Origin: an uncultured Acidobacteriota bacterium | GTDB lineage: Bacteria; Acidobacteriota; Thermoanaerobaculia; Multivoradales; UBA5704 | DNA length: 64,000 nucleotides | Reading direction: 5' to 3' | NCBI GenBank assembly: GCA_963770895.1 | Contig: CAVYRF010000001.1 | Coordinates: 1,887,472 to 1,951,471, forward strand | In this document: in pieces, positions 15,004-24,633 of the stretch | How the letters are laid out: each line of letters opens with the position of its first letter | Position numbering within the stretch: the stretch's first letter is position 1 | Program-made: the position numbers and the translations under genes | The notes under the pieces: generated by a model | The model's input: the letters and a program-made list of their open reading frames with translations, nothing else | Told to the model about the DNA's origin: nothing | Databases searched by the model: none

Positions 15004-16774
15004 CATGCGCTCAATCGTCTGGGTGATCCTGGGAAGTCTGCTGCTGGGGTTTGCCGGCGGCTGCACGCTGGTCAAGAGCTACCGGCGCGAGCCTTGCGAG
15101 TACGCGCGAACCATGGATGGCTATCAGCTTGCGATTGTCGAGTTCGACGACCACGGCGACTTCTGGAACTCCCGGCAGCTGGACGCGGCCGTCAACATGA
15201 TCAAGGAAGCCAACAAGAGCCGTCGCGGCGCCCGAGTCCTGACGTTCGTCCATGGCTGGCATGACGATGCATCGCCGAAGAACGAGACTGGCAACGGCAA
15301 CCTGCATTTTCTGGAACAGGAGCTGCACGCCCTCAGCGCCGCGACGGCCAAGGGCGAAGACAGGCCCGCGACCGTCGGCGTCTACCTGGCTTGGCGCGGC
15401 GACTCGACGCGATTTCCGGGTCCGTTCAGCTTCTACAATCGCCTGGAAGCGGCCGAACGCATCGCCGCCGGACCGGCGATCACCAAGACCCTGCTGTCCA
15501 TCCTCACGGTGACGCGGACCAATCCGCTATCCAGGAGCCTGGTCGTCGGACACTCCATGGGCGCGCTGATCCTGGAACGGACCATGATGAAGATCGTGAT
15601 CGCGGATGAGGTGGCGGCGGAGTTCGACCCCACCAGGGCGATTGCCTGCCCCGCGGACCTGATCCTGCTCATCAATGCCGCTGCGCCAGCGCTGTATGCA
15701 CGCAATTTCATCACCCTGCTGAAGGCTCATACGGCTCCCATCAACCCGGAATACGGGCACGGCGACCTGGAACGACCGGTCGTCGTTGCGCTGACCTCGG
15801 CCGGTGACGGCGACACCGGCCGCTGGTTCCCGATCGGCATGACCATCGGCAGCTTTCTTGAAAGATTCCGCACCTACCACGACGGGTCCGGAGACGCTCC
15901 AGGCGAAGGGAAAGTCTACCGCCAGCAGTACCTGTGGCAGCACACCGCCGAGCACACCAAGGAGCTGTGGAGCCATCGGGTGGAGGTGTCGACCGAAGCC
16001 GTGGAGGCTACCGCTGAACCATCGGTCCAGCCGTGCTTGCCGGAAGAATCCGGAACACATGACCTTTGCTTCCGCGTCACTGGGGATGGGCAACGGATCA
16101 AATTCAACTTTCGCAGGGTTGCCGACGGGAGCTTCAACGGTCAGTCCAACGGTCAGTCCAAGTACTGGATCATGGAAGTGCCGTCGCAGGTGCTGCCGGA
16201 CCACAGCAAGATCTTCAATCAGCGAACGTTTGAGCGGATGTTGGGAGGGATTCTCACGGCTTTCAGCCTGGTGCCGCCGGAAAAGTACGTCAATTTGCAG
16301 CATTGCGTGTGGCATGACGGCATGCGCGTAGCCGGACCGGGGCAGCGCGAGCGTCTGCCCTACGAGCTGCGGTCAGAGTGCGTCAGGAACTGGGAAGCCG
16401 CCCCCACCGCGGAGTCGCCGGCCGCGTCGCAGCAGGTCGCCGGGCTCACGGACATCGACATCCAGCACGCCGTCAGCAATCTCAAGGTGCTCCTCGACAG
16501 CGACTACAAGCTGAAAGACCATCTCCAGCAGTTCATCGCCGTTACCGACGTCCCAAGCCTGCGACAGCGGCTCAAGGACGACCTGGACGGAGTGCGCCTG
16601 GACTACAGCGCCACGTTCGTCCACGACGCAAACGCCAGGAACCTCCTGGCCGCACTGGACGATTGCGAGCTGCGCGGCCGGTTCGAAGATCTCCTGAGTC
16701 TGCCGGAGGATCAAAGGACTCCCTGCGCCCCGGTTCCGGCTCCGACCCTGCCGCCGGTTCCCTCGGCGGGTTGA
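15004..16774 (+). CDS. Lipoprotein with alpha/beta-hydrolase (serine esterase/lipase-like) domain, 590 aa
   Basis: It has a lipoprotein signal MRSIVWVILGSLLLGFAGGC and a GxSxG nucleophile elbow (VVGHSMGALI). The RBS GGGAGA lies before the ATG at 15004. Local GC is visibly lower (roughly 58-60%) than the flanks. Confidence 0.75.
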
Positions 16775-16818
16775 GGGCGCAAGGGCGACCGCCAGTCCAG
16801 CTTCGATCTACGGCTTGG

Positions 16819-19800
16819 CTAGCGAGCCGCGGCGGGAGTCGCCGGCGGCTCGCCGCCCTGGTGGGCGACCGCGCGGTGGAGCAGCTGGGCCAGGTGGACG
16901 GCGTCGCGGCCGGCGCCCTGGGCGATCTGCTCGCGGCAGCTGAAGCCGTTGGCGACGATCCAGGTGTCGGCCGGGGCCTGGCGCACGGCGGGGAGCAGGG
17001 CGCGCTCGGCGCAGGCCTGGGACACCTGGTAGTGCTCGCCGCGGTGGAAGCCGAAGGCGCCGGCCATGCCGCAGCAGCCGGCGTCGAGGACCTGGACGTC
17101 CAGGCCCAGGGCGGTCAGGATCCGGACTTCGGCGTCGGCATCCAGGACGGCGCGGTGATGGCAGTGCATCTGCACCAGCGCGGGGCGGCGGTCGGATGGC
17201 GCCAGCGCCGGCGGCTGCCAGCCGGCGGGCGCGGCGCGCGCCAGGTACTCGCTGAGCAGGAAGGACTGGCGGGCCAGGCGCTGGGCGTCCGGATCGTCGG
17301 GCAGCTGGCGCGCCAGCTCGTCGCGGAAGACGGCCAGGCACGAAGGTTCCAGGCCGACCAGCGGCGTGCCGGCGCGGATCTCGTCGCGCAGGGCGGCGAG
17401 GATGCGCCGCAGCTGGCGGCGGGCCAGGCTCAGCATGCCGTAGTCGTAGAGCGGCCGGCCGCAGCACAGCGGCACGTCCGGCACCACCACCTGTGCGCCG
17501 GCCGCCTCCAGCACCGCGACCGCCGCCTGGGCGACCTGGGGATGAAAGTAGTTGTTGAACGTGTCGGGCCACAGCACGACCCGCGGCGCGGCGCCCGGTC
17601 CCACGCCGCCGGCCTGCGGCGGCCGGTGCCTCTGCCGGGCGCGCCACCAGGCGGTGAAGGTCTGCGCGGCGAAGCGGGGGACCTGCCGCTCGGGCGCCAT
17701 GCCGGCGGCGGCCTTGGCCAGGGCGGCCAGACCCGGCGCGTGGGTCGCCAGGTTGACCAGCGGCGCGACCGGCGCGGCCAGGCGCGCCCACCAGTGGATC
17801 AGGCCGAAGGCGTAGGCGGCGCGCGGCCGCGGGCGGCCTTTGTAATACTGGCTGAGGAACTCCGCCTTGTAGGCTGCCATGTCCACCTGCACCGGGCATT
17901 CGCTCTTGCAGGCCTTGCACGCCAGGCACAGGTCGAGCGCCTCCTTGACGGCCGGGTCGCGGAAGCCGGCCCGCCCGATGACCTCCCGCTCCAGCATCTC
18001 GAAGAGCAGGCGGGCGCGGCCGCGGGTCGAGTGCTTCTCTTCCAGCGTCGCCTGGTAGCTGGGGCACATGACGCCGCCCTGCGGCGCCGGGCGCCGGCAC
18101 TTGCCGACGCCGACGCAGCGCAGCGTCGAGCGCGCGAAGCTGCCTTCGTCTTCGGGGAAGTGCAGGTGCGTCGGCGGCTCCCACGGACGATAGTCGAGCC
18201 CCAGGCGCAGGTTCTGGTCGGGGCCGAAGGGGTGCACCACCTTGCCGGGGTTCATCCGCAATTGCGGGTCCCACAGCGCCTTGAACTCCTCGAAGGCGCC
18301 GACCAGTTGAGCGCCGAACATCTTGGGCAAGAGCGATGCGCGCGCCTGCCCGTCGCCGTGCTCGCCCGACAGCGACCCGCCGTAGCGCACCACCAGGTCG
18401 GCGGCCTGGTCCAGGAAGGCCAGGTAGCGGTCGATGCCCTGGCGGCTCGCAAAATCGAAGTCGATGCGCGTGTGGATGCAGCCCTGGCCGAAGTGGCCGT
18501 AGAGCGAGCAGCTGTAGCCGTGGTGCTCGACCAGGCGGCGGAAGTCGCGCAGGTAGCCGCCCAGCCGGTCCGGCGGCACCGCCGCGTCTTCCCACCCCTC
18601 CCAGGCGTCGCGCATGCCCGGCACGAAGGAGGTGGCGCCCAGGCCGGATTCGCGCACCTCCCAGATCCTGGCGGCGTCGCGCGGATCGGCGATCACCTGG
18701 ACCGCCGGCGCGGCGGGCTGGCGCGCGAGCGCCGCCGCCATGCGCCGGGCGGCGTCCGCGGCCTCCTGCTGGGTGGCGCCACCCAGCTCGACCAGCAGCC
18801 AGCCGCCTCCCGGCGGCAGCAGCGCGACCCCGTCCGGGTGGAGGTTCTTGCGCGCCATGAAGGAGATCAACCGGTCGTCGAGCCCTTCGAGGCCGAGCGG
18901 CTGAAACGCCAGGATCTCGGGCACGTGGTCGCCGGCGGCGTAGACGTCGGGATAGCCGAGCACCACCAGGGTGCGAAACGGCGGGCTGGGCACCAGCCGC
19001 AGCCGCGCGCCCAGCACGGTGACGCAGGTGCTTTCGCTGCCCACCAAGGCGCGCGCCACGTGGAAGCCGTTTTCGGGCAGCAGCTGGTCCAGGTTGTAGC
19101 CCGACACGCGCCGCGGGATGGCCGGGAAGCGCTGACGGATCAGGTCGCCGAAGCGGTCGCGCAGCGAGCGCAGCCCGGCGTAGATCTGACCGCGCCGGCC
19201 GCCAAGGGCGACGATCCGCGCCAGCTCCGCTTCCGACGTGGCGCCCACCCGCAGGCGCAGCCCGTCGTAGGTCAGCACGTCGAGCTCCTCGACGTTGTCG
19301 ACCGTCTTGCCCGCCATCAGCGCGTGCACGCCGCAGGAGTTGTTGCCGATCATTCCCCCCAGCGTGCAGCGGCTGTGGCTGGCCGGGTCGGGGCCGAACG
19401 TCAGGCCGTGCCGCTCGGCCGCCTGGCGCAGCGTGTCGAGTACGATGCCCGGCTCGACCAGCGCTTCCCGCCGCGCGGCGTCGAGCGCCAGCAGGCCGTG
19501 CATGTACTTCGAGAAGTCGAGCACCACCGCCACGTTGCAACACTGCCCGGCCAGGCTGGTGCCGGCGCCGCGCGCCAGGACCGGCGCGTCGTGGCGGCGG
19601 CAGGCGGCCACCGTGGCGACCACGTCCTGGGCGCCGCGCGGCACCACCACCCCGATCGGCACCTGCCGGTAGTTGGACGAGTCGGTGGCATAGAGCGCCC
19701 TGCTGCCGGTGTCGAAGCGCACCTCGCCGGCGATCTCCGTCCGCAGCTCCGCCGCGAGCGCCGCCGCCGCCGCGAACGGCGCCGCCGGCACCCGCCGCCC

Positions 19801-19887
19801 CGAGCCGGGCGAGCGCAGCCGCTCGCCAGCCGCGGCGGCGGCGGCCTGGTCCGGCGTTGTGGCGGCGGGCTGGCGGGTGGGAATCAT
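16819..19887 (-). CDS. FAD-linked oxidase fused to 4Fe-4S and CCG (cysteine-rich) domains, YdiJ/D-2-hydroxyacid dehydrogenase-like
   Basis: It shows FAD-binding PCMH patterns (PIGVVVPRGAQDVVATVAACRRH…RGAGTSLAGQ), a ferredoxin motif (CLACKACKSECPV) and two CCG-like Cys clusters (PLCCG…, DAGCCGMAG…). It is about 1020 aa, like E. coli YdiJ. The start is uncertain (19887 or 19947). Confidence 0.85.
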   Translation of the reverse strand: MIPTRQPAATTPDQAAAAAAGERLRSPGSGRRVPAAPFAAAAALAAELRTEIAGEVRFDTGSRALYATDSSNYRQVPIGVVVPRGAQDVVATVAACRRHDAPVLARGAGTSLAGQCCNVAVVLDFSKYMHGLLALDAARREALVEPGIVLDTLRQAAERHGLTFGPDPASHSRCTLGGMIGNNSCGVHALMAGKTVDNVEELDVLTYDGLRLRVGATSEAELARIVALGGRRGQIYAGLRSLRDRFGDLIRQRFPAIPRRVSGYNLDQLLPENGFHVARALVGSESTCVTVLGARLRLVPSPPFRTLVVLGYPDVYAAGDHVPEILAFQPLGLEGLDDRLISFMARKNLHPDGVALLPPGGGWLLVELGGATQQEAADAARRMAAALARQPAAPAVQVIADPRDAARIWEVRESGLGATSFVPGMRDAWEGWEDAAVPPDRLGGYLRDFRRLVEHHGYSCSLYGHFGQGCIHTRIDFDFASRQGIDRYLAFLDQAADLVVRYGGSLSGEHGDGQARASLLPKMFGAQLVGAFEEFKALWDPQLRMNPGKVVHPFGPDQNLRLGLDYRPWEPPTHLHFPEDEGSFARSTLRCVGVGKCRRPAPQGGVMCPSYQATLEEKHSTRGRARLLFEMLEREVIGRAGFRDPAVKEALDLCLACKACKSECPVQVDMAAYKAEFLSQYYKGRPRPRAAYAFGLIHWWARLAAPVAPLVNLATHAPGLAALAKAAAGMAPERQVPRFAAQTFTAWWRARQRHRPPQAGGVGPGAAPRVVLWPDTFNNYFHPQVAQAAVAVLEAAGAQVVVPDVPLCCGRPLYDYGMLSLARRQLRRILAALRDEIRAGTPLVGLEPSCLAVFRDELARQLPDDPDAQRLARQSFLLSEYLARAAPAGWQPPALAPSDRRPALVQMHCHHRAVLDADAEVRILTALGLDVQVLDAGCCGMAGAFGFHRGEHYQVSQACAERALLPAVRQAPADTWIVANGFSCREQIAQGAGRDAVHLAQLLHRAVAHQGGEPPATPAAAR

Positions 19888-19993
19888 GGCTGGCCAGCCG
19901 AGTATCGCAGATCGGCTCGGCCGCCACGAGCGCGCTGCCGCCGGCACTGCGGATGGGGCCGGTTCGAGGTGGAGGACGGCGCCGCGGGGCGGG

Positions 19994-20269
19994 CTAATCG
20001 GACTCAGCGCAGCAGGTCGTCAGGGTGGCGTAGTAGACGGTCTTTTCGCCGGTGCACGAGGGGGTCGGGCAGGTGAAGCACCGGCCCACCACCTTCGTGT
20101 GGGTCGCGTCGCTCCAATAGAACGTGTCGTAGGCCGTTTGATCGCCCGGCGGGCAGATGATCGCGGAGGCTATGGGCGGCGCACCCAGGAACAGCGCCAT
20201 GGTGGTCAACAGGACGGTGAGGGTGAGCAGGATGAGGCTGCTGCGGTTGAAACCAGACCGTCGCGGCAT
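19994..20269 (-). CDS. Small secreted cysteine-rich protein (91 aa precursor, 8 Cys in an approximately 60-aa mature part)
   Basis: MPRRSGFNRSSLILLTLTVLLTTMALFLGAPPIASA is a Sec signal. The mature part is IICPPGDQ…GRCFTCPTPSCTGEK…TTCCAESD. A perfect RBS (AAAGGAGA) and an AT-rich upstream region are present, and GC is lower than the flanks. Confidence 0.6.
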   Translation of the reverse strand: MPRRSGFNRSSLILLTLTVLLTTMALFLGAPPIASAIICPPGDQTAYDTFYWSDATHTKVVGRCFTCPTPSCTGEKTVYYATLTTCCAESD

Positions 20270-20577
20270 GCAGATCTCCTTTTCATGAAAATAATGCAGT
20301 TGCGCATTCGATAGGAGATGTGCCGAGACCGATTTCAGGTGGGACAGGCGCCGCGCGCCCAGCCGGGAGCGCGGAGGAATCGCCCCTTGCCCCGATCGCG
20401 ACGCGCCTGGCGGCGCCTGCGCAATCGGGCCAGGGGAGCGGGCGAGGCGTCTTGCCACGCATTGAGGGTGTGCAGCGATGATGGCGCCGCCTCGCAGAGG
20501 CTGAGGGCTGCGAGGGCCTCGCGCTTCACGCCCAGGAATCCCCCCGGATGCCGCCAATTTCTGCCTCGGGGTGCGTG

Positions 20578-21927
20578 CTAGTGCTCCGACTCCGGCGCCG
20601 CGTAGGGGTCGTCTTCGCTGGCGGTGCCGTGGCGCAGCGTTTCGTAGTAGATGGATTGCGGGCGGATGGCGCGGGAGACGTGGTAGGCGGCCAGGCAGGC
20701 CAGCATCAGGGCGGGGACCAGCTGATATTCCAGGGTCATTTCGAAAACGATCAGGAAGGACATCAGGGGGGCGTGGGTGGTGGCGGCCAGGAAGGCGCCC
20801 ATGCCGATGACCGCGTAGACCGTGGCCAGCGACGCGGCCGGCCAGAGCGCGTGGGCGCCGGTGCCGGCCAGCACGCCCAGCATGGCGCCGACGAAGATGG
20901 TGGGAGTGAAGACGCCGCCGATGGCGCCCGAGCCGGAGGTGGCGGCGGTGGCGAAGACCTTGGCGATCAGGATGGCGACGACCGCCGTCGCCGGCCAGGG
21001 CGCCTGCAGCACGCTGTTGACCACGCCGTAGCCGTTGCCCCACACCTGCGGCAGCCAGATCGAGATGGCGCCGACGATCAGCCCCCCCAGCGCCAGCTTG
21101 ACCGGCAGGGGGAGCGGGACGCGGGCGGCCAGCCGGCGCGCGCCGTCCAGGGTTTCCATGAAGAGCGGCGCCAGCGCGCCCAGCAGCAGCCCCATCAGCA
21201 GAAACAGCGGCAGCTCCCACAGCGACGCCACGTGCAGCGGCGGAATCTTGTAGACCGGCTCGTAGCCCAGCACCTGGTGGACGGTGACGTTGGCGGTGAC
21301 CGAGGCCACCATCAACGGCCCCAGGCGGCGGATCGCCAGGGTGCCGTAGACGATCTCGGCGATGAAGATCGCGCCGGACAGCGCGGCGTCGTAGGCCGAG
21401 GCGAAGCCCGCCGCGGCGCCGCAGGCGAGCAGCAGGCGCAGGTCGTCGCCGGTGAAGCGGCCCAGCTGGCCGATCCACGATCCGGAGGCCGCCGCCAGCT
21501 GTACCATCGCGCCCTCGCGCCCGATCGAACCGCCCGAGCAGATCGTGCACAGCGACGAGATGCTGCGCAGCAGGGTGCCGCGCACGTTTTCACGGCCGTC
21601 GCCGACGGCGATGGCCTCCAGGTAGTCCGACGGCTTCTTGCCCTTGGTGAGCCGCCGCGCCCACTCCAGAAACACGCCGGCCGCGATGCCGCCGAGCGCC
21701 GGCGTGATGGCGCGGCGCCACGCCGGCAGCGCCTCGGCGGCCGCCTCCAGGCTGCCGGGATGCCCGGTGGCGACGTGCTCCGCCGCCCCCATCCCCAGGT
21801 GGAACACCACCGTTGCCAGGGCCCCGGCGACCCCGATCAGCGCCGCCCACAGCAGCAGCCACCGGTCGTCGCCGTGGTAGCCCGGATGCGGCGCGGGCGA
21901 GGGCGCCGGCTGGCCGCTGGTGTCCAC
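20578..21927 (-). CDS. ClC-family voltage-gated chloride channel / H+-Cl- antiporter
   Basis: GREGAMVQ (GxEGP-like selectivity motif), GIFTP (GVFTPTIFVGAMLG) and more than ten TM segments; 449 aa. Confidence 0.9.
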   Translation of the reverse strand: MDTSGQPAPSPAPHPGYHGDDRWLLLWAALIGVAGALATVVFHLGMGAAEHVATGHPGSLEAAAEALPAWRRAITPALGGIAAGVFLEWARRLTKGKKPSDYLEAIAVGDGRENVRGTLLRSISSLCTICSGGSIGREGAMVQLAAASGSWIGQLGRFTGDDLRLLLACGAAAGFASAYDAALSGAIFIAEIVYGTLAIRRLGPLMVASVTANVTVHQVLGYEPVYKIPPLHVASLWELPLFLLMGLLLGALAPLFMETLDGARRLAARVPLPLPVKLALGGLIVGAISIWLPQVWGNGYGVVNSVLQAPWPATAVVAILIAKVFATAATSGSGAIGGVFTPTIFVGAMLGVLAGTGAHALWPAASLATVYAVIGMGAFLAATTHAPLMSFLIVFEMTLEYQLVPALMLACLAAYHVSRAIRPQSIYYETLRHGTASEDDPYAAPESEH

Positions 21928-21988
21928 GGCGGCAGTCTAGTCGATGACCCCCAACGCCAGGCGGGCCGCAGTCGTAGATAATGCAAGG

Positions 21989-23368
21989 ATGCGCAGGTGC
22001 ATTGCCATGGCCGCTTCCGTCTCTGCCGCGGGCCTTCTGCTGGCGGCGCTGGCGGGCTGTGGCGACGCGGCGGCGGCGCGGCGCTCGGCGGCGGCCCCGC
22101 CGCCTGCCGCTCCGGGTGCGCCGGCGGCGGCGGTGCCGGCGGTGCCGGCGGCAGGGACGGTGGGTGGTGTGGAAGCAGCGGCGGTCAGGGCAGGCAGCAG
22201 CCCGCCGCCGCCGGCAGGGCCGCTGCGGGTGCGGCGCGGCGACCTGACGTCGGTGCTGCTGCTCAGCGGCGAGCTGCAGGCGGCGCGGGCGGATACGTTG
22301 ACCGCGCCGCACACGCCTTCGTTCCAGCTGAAGATCCGCTGGCTGGCCGAAGACGGGGCGGTGGTCGCCGCCGGCCAGCCGGTGGTGCAGTTCGACAACG
22401 CGACCTTCGTCGCGCAGCTGGACGACAAGCGCACCACGGCTTCCACGGCGCGCAGCGAGCTCGAGCGCATCGCGGCCGATGGGCGCTCGGCGGCGGCGGA
22501 CAAGGGCTTTGCCGTCGAACAGAAGCGCACCGATCTGGACAAGGCGCGCCGCGCCGCCGGCGTGCCGCCGGAGCTGCTGCCGCGGCGCGAATACCAGGAC
22601 CGCCAGCTGGCGATGCAGCGCGCCGAATCCGAGCTGGCCAAGGCCGAAGACGACCTGGCGGCGCAGCGCACCGCCGCCGCCGCCGACCTGGCGGTGCAGC
22701 GGCTGGTGGTGGCCAAGGCGGAGCGCGACGTGGCAACCGCGGAAACCGCGATCGGCGCCCTGACGGTGCTGGCGCCGCATGCCGGCATCGTGCTGATCGC
22801 GGAGATACCGTGGGAGGGGCGCAAGCTGCGCGAAGGCGACGACGTCTGGATGGGGATGGCGGTGGCGACGCTCCCCGATACGGCGCCGACCATCGCCGCG
22901 GTGTCGCTGTCCGACGTCGACGACGGCAAGGTGGCCCCCGGCATGGAGGCGGTCTGCTACCTGGACGCCTATCCGGGGACGGCCTACCGCGGGCGCGTCA
23001 CCGAGGTGGCGAAGGTAGCGCGCGAATCGGGCCGCACGGCGCTGCTGCGCACCCTGCCGGTGCGCGTGGCGCTCGATCCGCTGCCTGCCGCGGCGGTGCG
23101 CCGGCTGCGGCCGGGCATGTCGGTGCGGGTGGAGATCGCCACCGCGACGGCGCGCGACGCCCTGCTGGTGCCGCGCGCGGCGCTCGATTTCGCCGCCCTG
23201 CCGGCGGTGCGCGTGCTGCTGGCGGGCGGCGGCCAGGCGCCGGTGCGCCTGGGGCCGTGCGACGCCTTCTGGTGCGTGGCGCAAAGCGGCGTCGCCCTGG
23301 ACCAGGCGTTGCGCCCGGCGCTGGCTGCGGGCGGCGCGGACGGCGCCGGCGGTGGGGGAGCGGGGTGA
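21989..23368 (+). CDS. HlyD-family periplasmic adaptor subunit (lipoprotein), efflux operon gene 1
   Basis: It has a LAALAGCG lipobox, coiled-coil and beta-barrel segments, and an MFP-type C-terminus. The start was chosen at MRRCIAMAAS (21989); 21944 and 22007 are alternatives. Confidence 0.75.
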   Translation: MRRCIAMAASVSAAGLLLAALAGCGDAAAARRSAAAPPPAAPGAPAAAVPAVPAAGTVGGVEAAAVRAGSSPPPPAGPLRVRRGDLTSVLLLSGELQAARADTLTAPHTPSFQLKIRWLAEDGAVVAAGQPVVQFDNATFVAQLDDKRTTASTARSELERIAADGRSAAADKGFAVEQKRTDLDKARRAAGVPPELLPRREYQDRQLAMQRAESELAKAEDDLAAQRTAAAADLAVQRLVVAKAERDVATAETAIGALTVLAPHAGIVLIAEIPWEGRKLREGDDVWMGMAVATLPDTAPTIAAVSLSDVDDGKVAPGMEAVCYLDAYPGTAYRGRVTEVAKVARESGRTALLRTLPVRVALDPLPAAAVRRLRPGMSVRVEIATATARDALLVPRAALDFAALPAVRVLLAGGGQAPVRLGPCDAFWCVAQSGVALDQALRPALAAGGADGAGGGGAG

Positions 23369-24633
23369 CCCGGCGGCGCCGGCTGGCGGTCGGGGTGTGC
23401 GGCGCGGCGGTGGCGGCTGCCGCGGCGACGTGGGCGGTGCTCAACGCCAGCGCCGGCGCCGCCGGCGACCCGCGGTGGGTGGCGGTGCGGCGCCAGGACC
23501 TGGTGGTCACGGTGCCGGTCAGCGGTACCCTCACGGCGCAGAACGCCGCCTACCTGGGGCCGCCCAGCCTGGACGGCGTCTTCGAATACAAGATCACCTT
23601 CCTGGCCCCCGAAGGAAGCGCGGTGCGGCAGGGCCAGGTGGTGCTCGGCTTCGACCCCAGCGACCTGGAAAAGAAGCTGCTGGACCAGACTGCCGAACGC
23701 GACGCGGCCGACGAAAAGCTGAAAAAGCTGCGCGCCGACCTGGAGATGGCACGGCGCACCGACGAGCTGAACCTGGCCCAGGCTGCCGCCGATCGACACA
23801 AGGCGGAGCTGCAGCTGGCGGTGCCGCCGGAGCTGCGCTCGCGCTTCGAGCTGGCCAACGAGCACGCCGACCTGGACCTGGCGGTGCGCAAGGTCGGCTA
23901 CTACGGCCAGCGCCTGCGCCTGGGCGACGCGGCGCGCGACGCCCAGGTGGCGGCGCTGGCCGCGGCCCGCGACCACGCCGCGCGCCGCGTCATCCAGGTG
24001 CAGGCCGGCATCGCCAGCCTGCAGGTGACGGCGCCGCGCGCCGGCACGGTGGTCTACCACGTCGACCGCCAGGGGCTCAAAAAGAAGGTGGGCGACTCGT
24101 GCTGGCGCTCCGACGCGGTGGTGGAGATCCCCGACCTGACGCGCCTCGCGGCCAGCGGCGAAATCGACGAAGCGGACCTGGGGGCCGTCGCCCGCGGCCA
24201 GCGCGTCACGCTGCGGCTTGACGCGCACCCGGAAGTCTCCTTCGCCGGCAGCGTGCTCGCCCAGAAGCCGCAGATCAAGGCCCGCACGCCGCGCGACCCC
24301 ACCAAGGTGGTGATGGTCGACATTCAGCTGGCGCAGACCGATCCGCAGCGCATGCGTCCGGGCATGCGCTTCGTCGGCACCGTGGAAGTGGCGCGGGCGC
24401 CGCAGGCGGTGGTGGCGCCGCTGGCGGCGGTGGTGGCGCGCCCCGACGGCGCCTGGGTCTATCGCCGGTCGGGCTTCGGCGTCGAAGCCTTGCGCCCCCG
24501 CCTCGGCCGCCACGACGGCACCTGGGTGGAAGTGCTATCGGGGCTGCGCCCGGGCGACCTGCTGCGGCGCTCCGGAGCGGACCAGCCGCCGGCGTCGCCG
24601 GCGCCCGCGGGGCGGCAGCGGGACCAGGCATGA
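23365..24633 (+). CDS. HlyD-family periplasmic adaptor subunit, efflux operon gene 2
   Basis: The GTG start overlaps the previous stop (GTGA). It has one TM segment then coiled-coil and barrel domains. The long ORF 21997..24633 is an alternate-frame artefact upstream of 23365. Confidence 0.75.
   Translation: MTRRRRLAVGVCGAAVAAAAATWAVLNASAGAAGDPRWVAVRRQDLVVTVPVSGTLTAQNAAYLGPPSLDGVFEYKITFLAPEGSAVRQGQVVLGFDPSDLEKKLLDQTAERDAADEKLKKLRADLEMARRTDELNLAQAAADRHKAELQLAVPPELRSRFELANEHADLDLAVRKVGYYGQRLRLGDAARDAQVAALAAARDHAARRVIQVQAGIASLQVTAPRAGTVVYHVDRQGLKKKVGDSCWRSDAVVEIPDLTRLAASGEIDEADLGAVARGQRVTLRLDAHPEVSFAGSVLAQKPQIKARTPRDPTKVVMVDIQLAQTDPQRMRPGMRFVGTVEVARAPQAVVAPLAAVVARPDGAWVYRRSGFGVEALRPRLGRHDGTWVEVLSGLRPGDLLRRSGADQPPASPAPAGRQRDQA

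Noticed and set aside
21997-24633. 878-aa plus-strand ORF
   Set aside because: Its upstream 450 aa are an alternate frame of HlyD-1 (R/G/A-rich). Only the portion from the GTG at 23365 (HlyD-2) is real.
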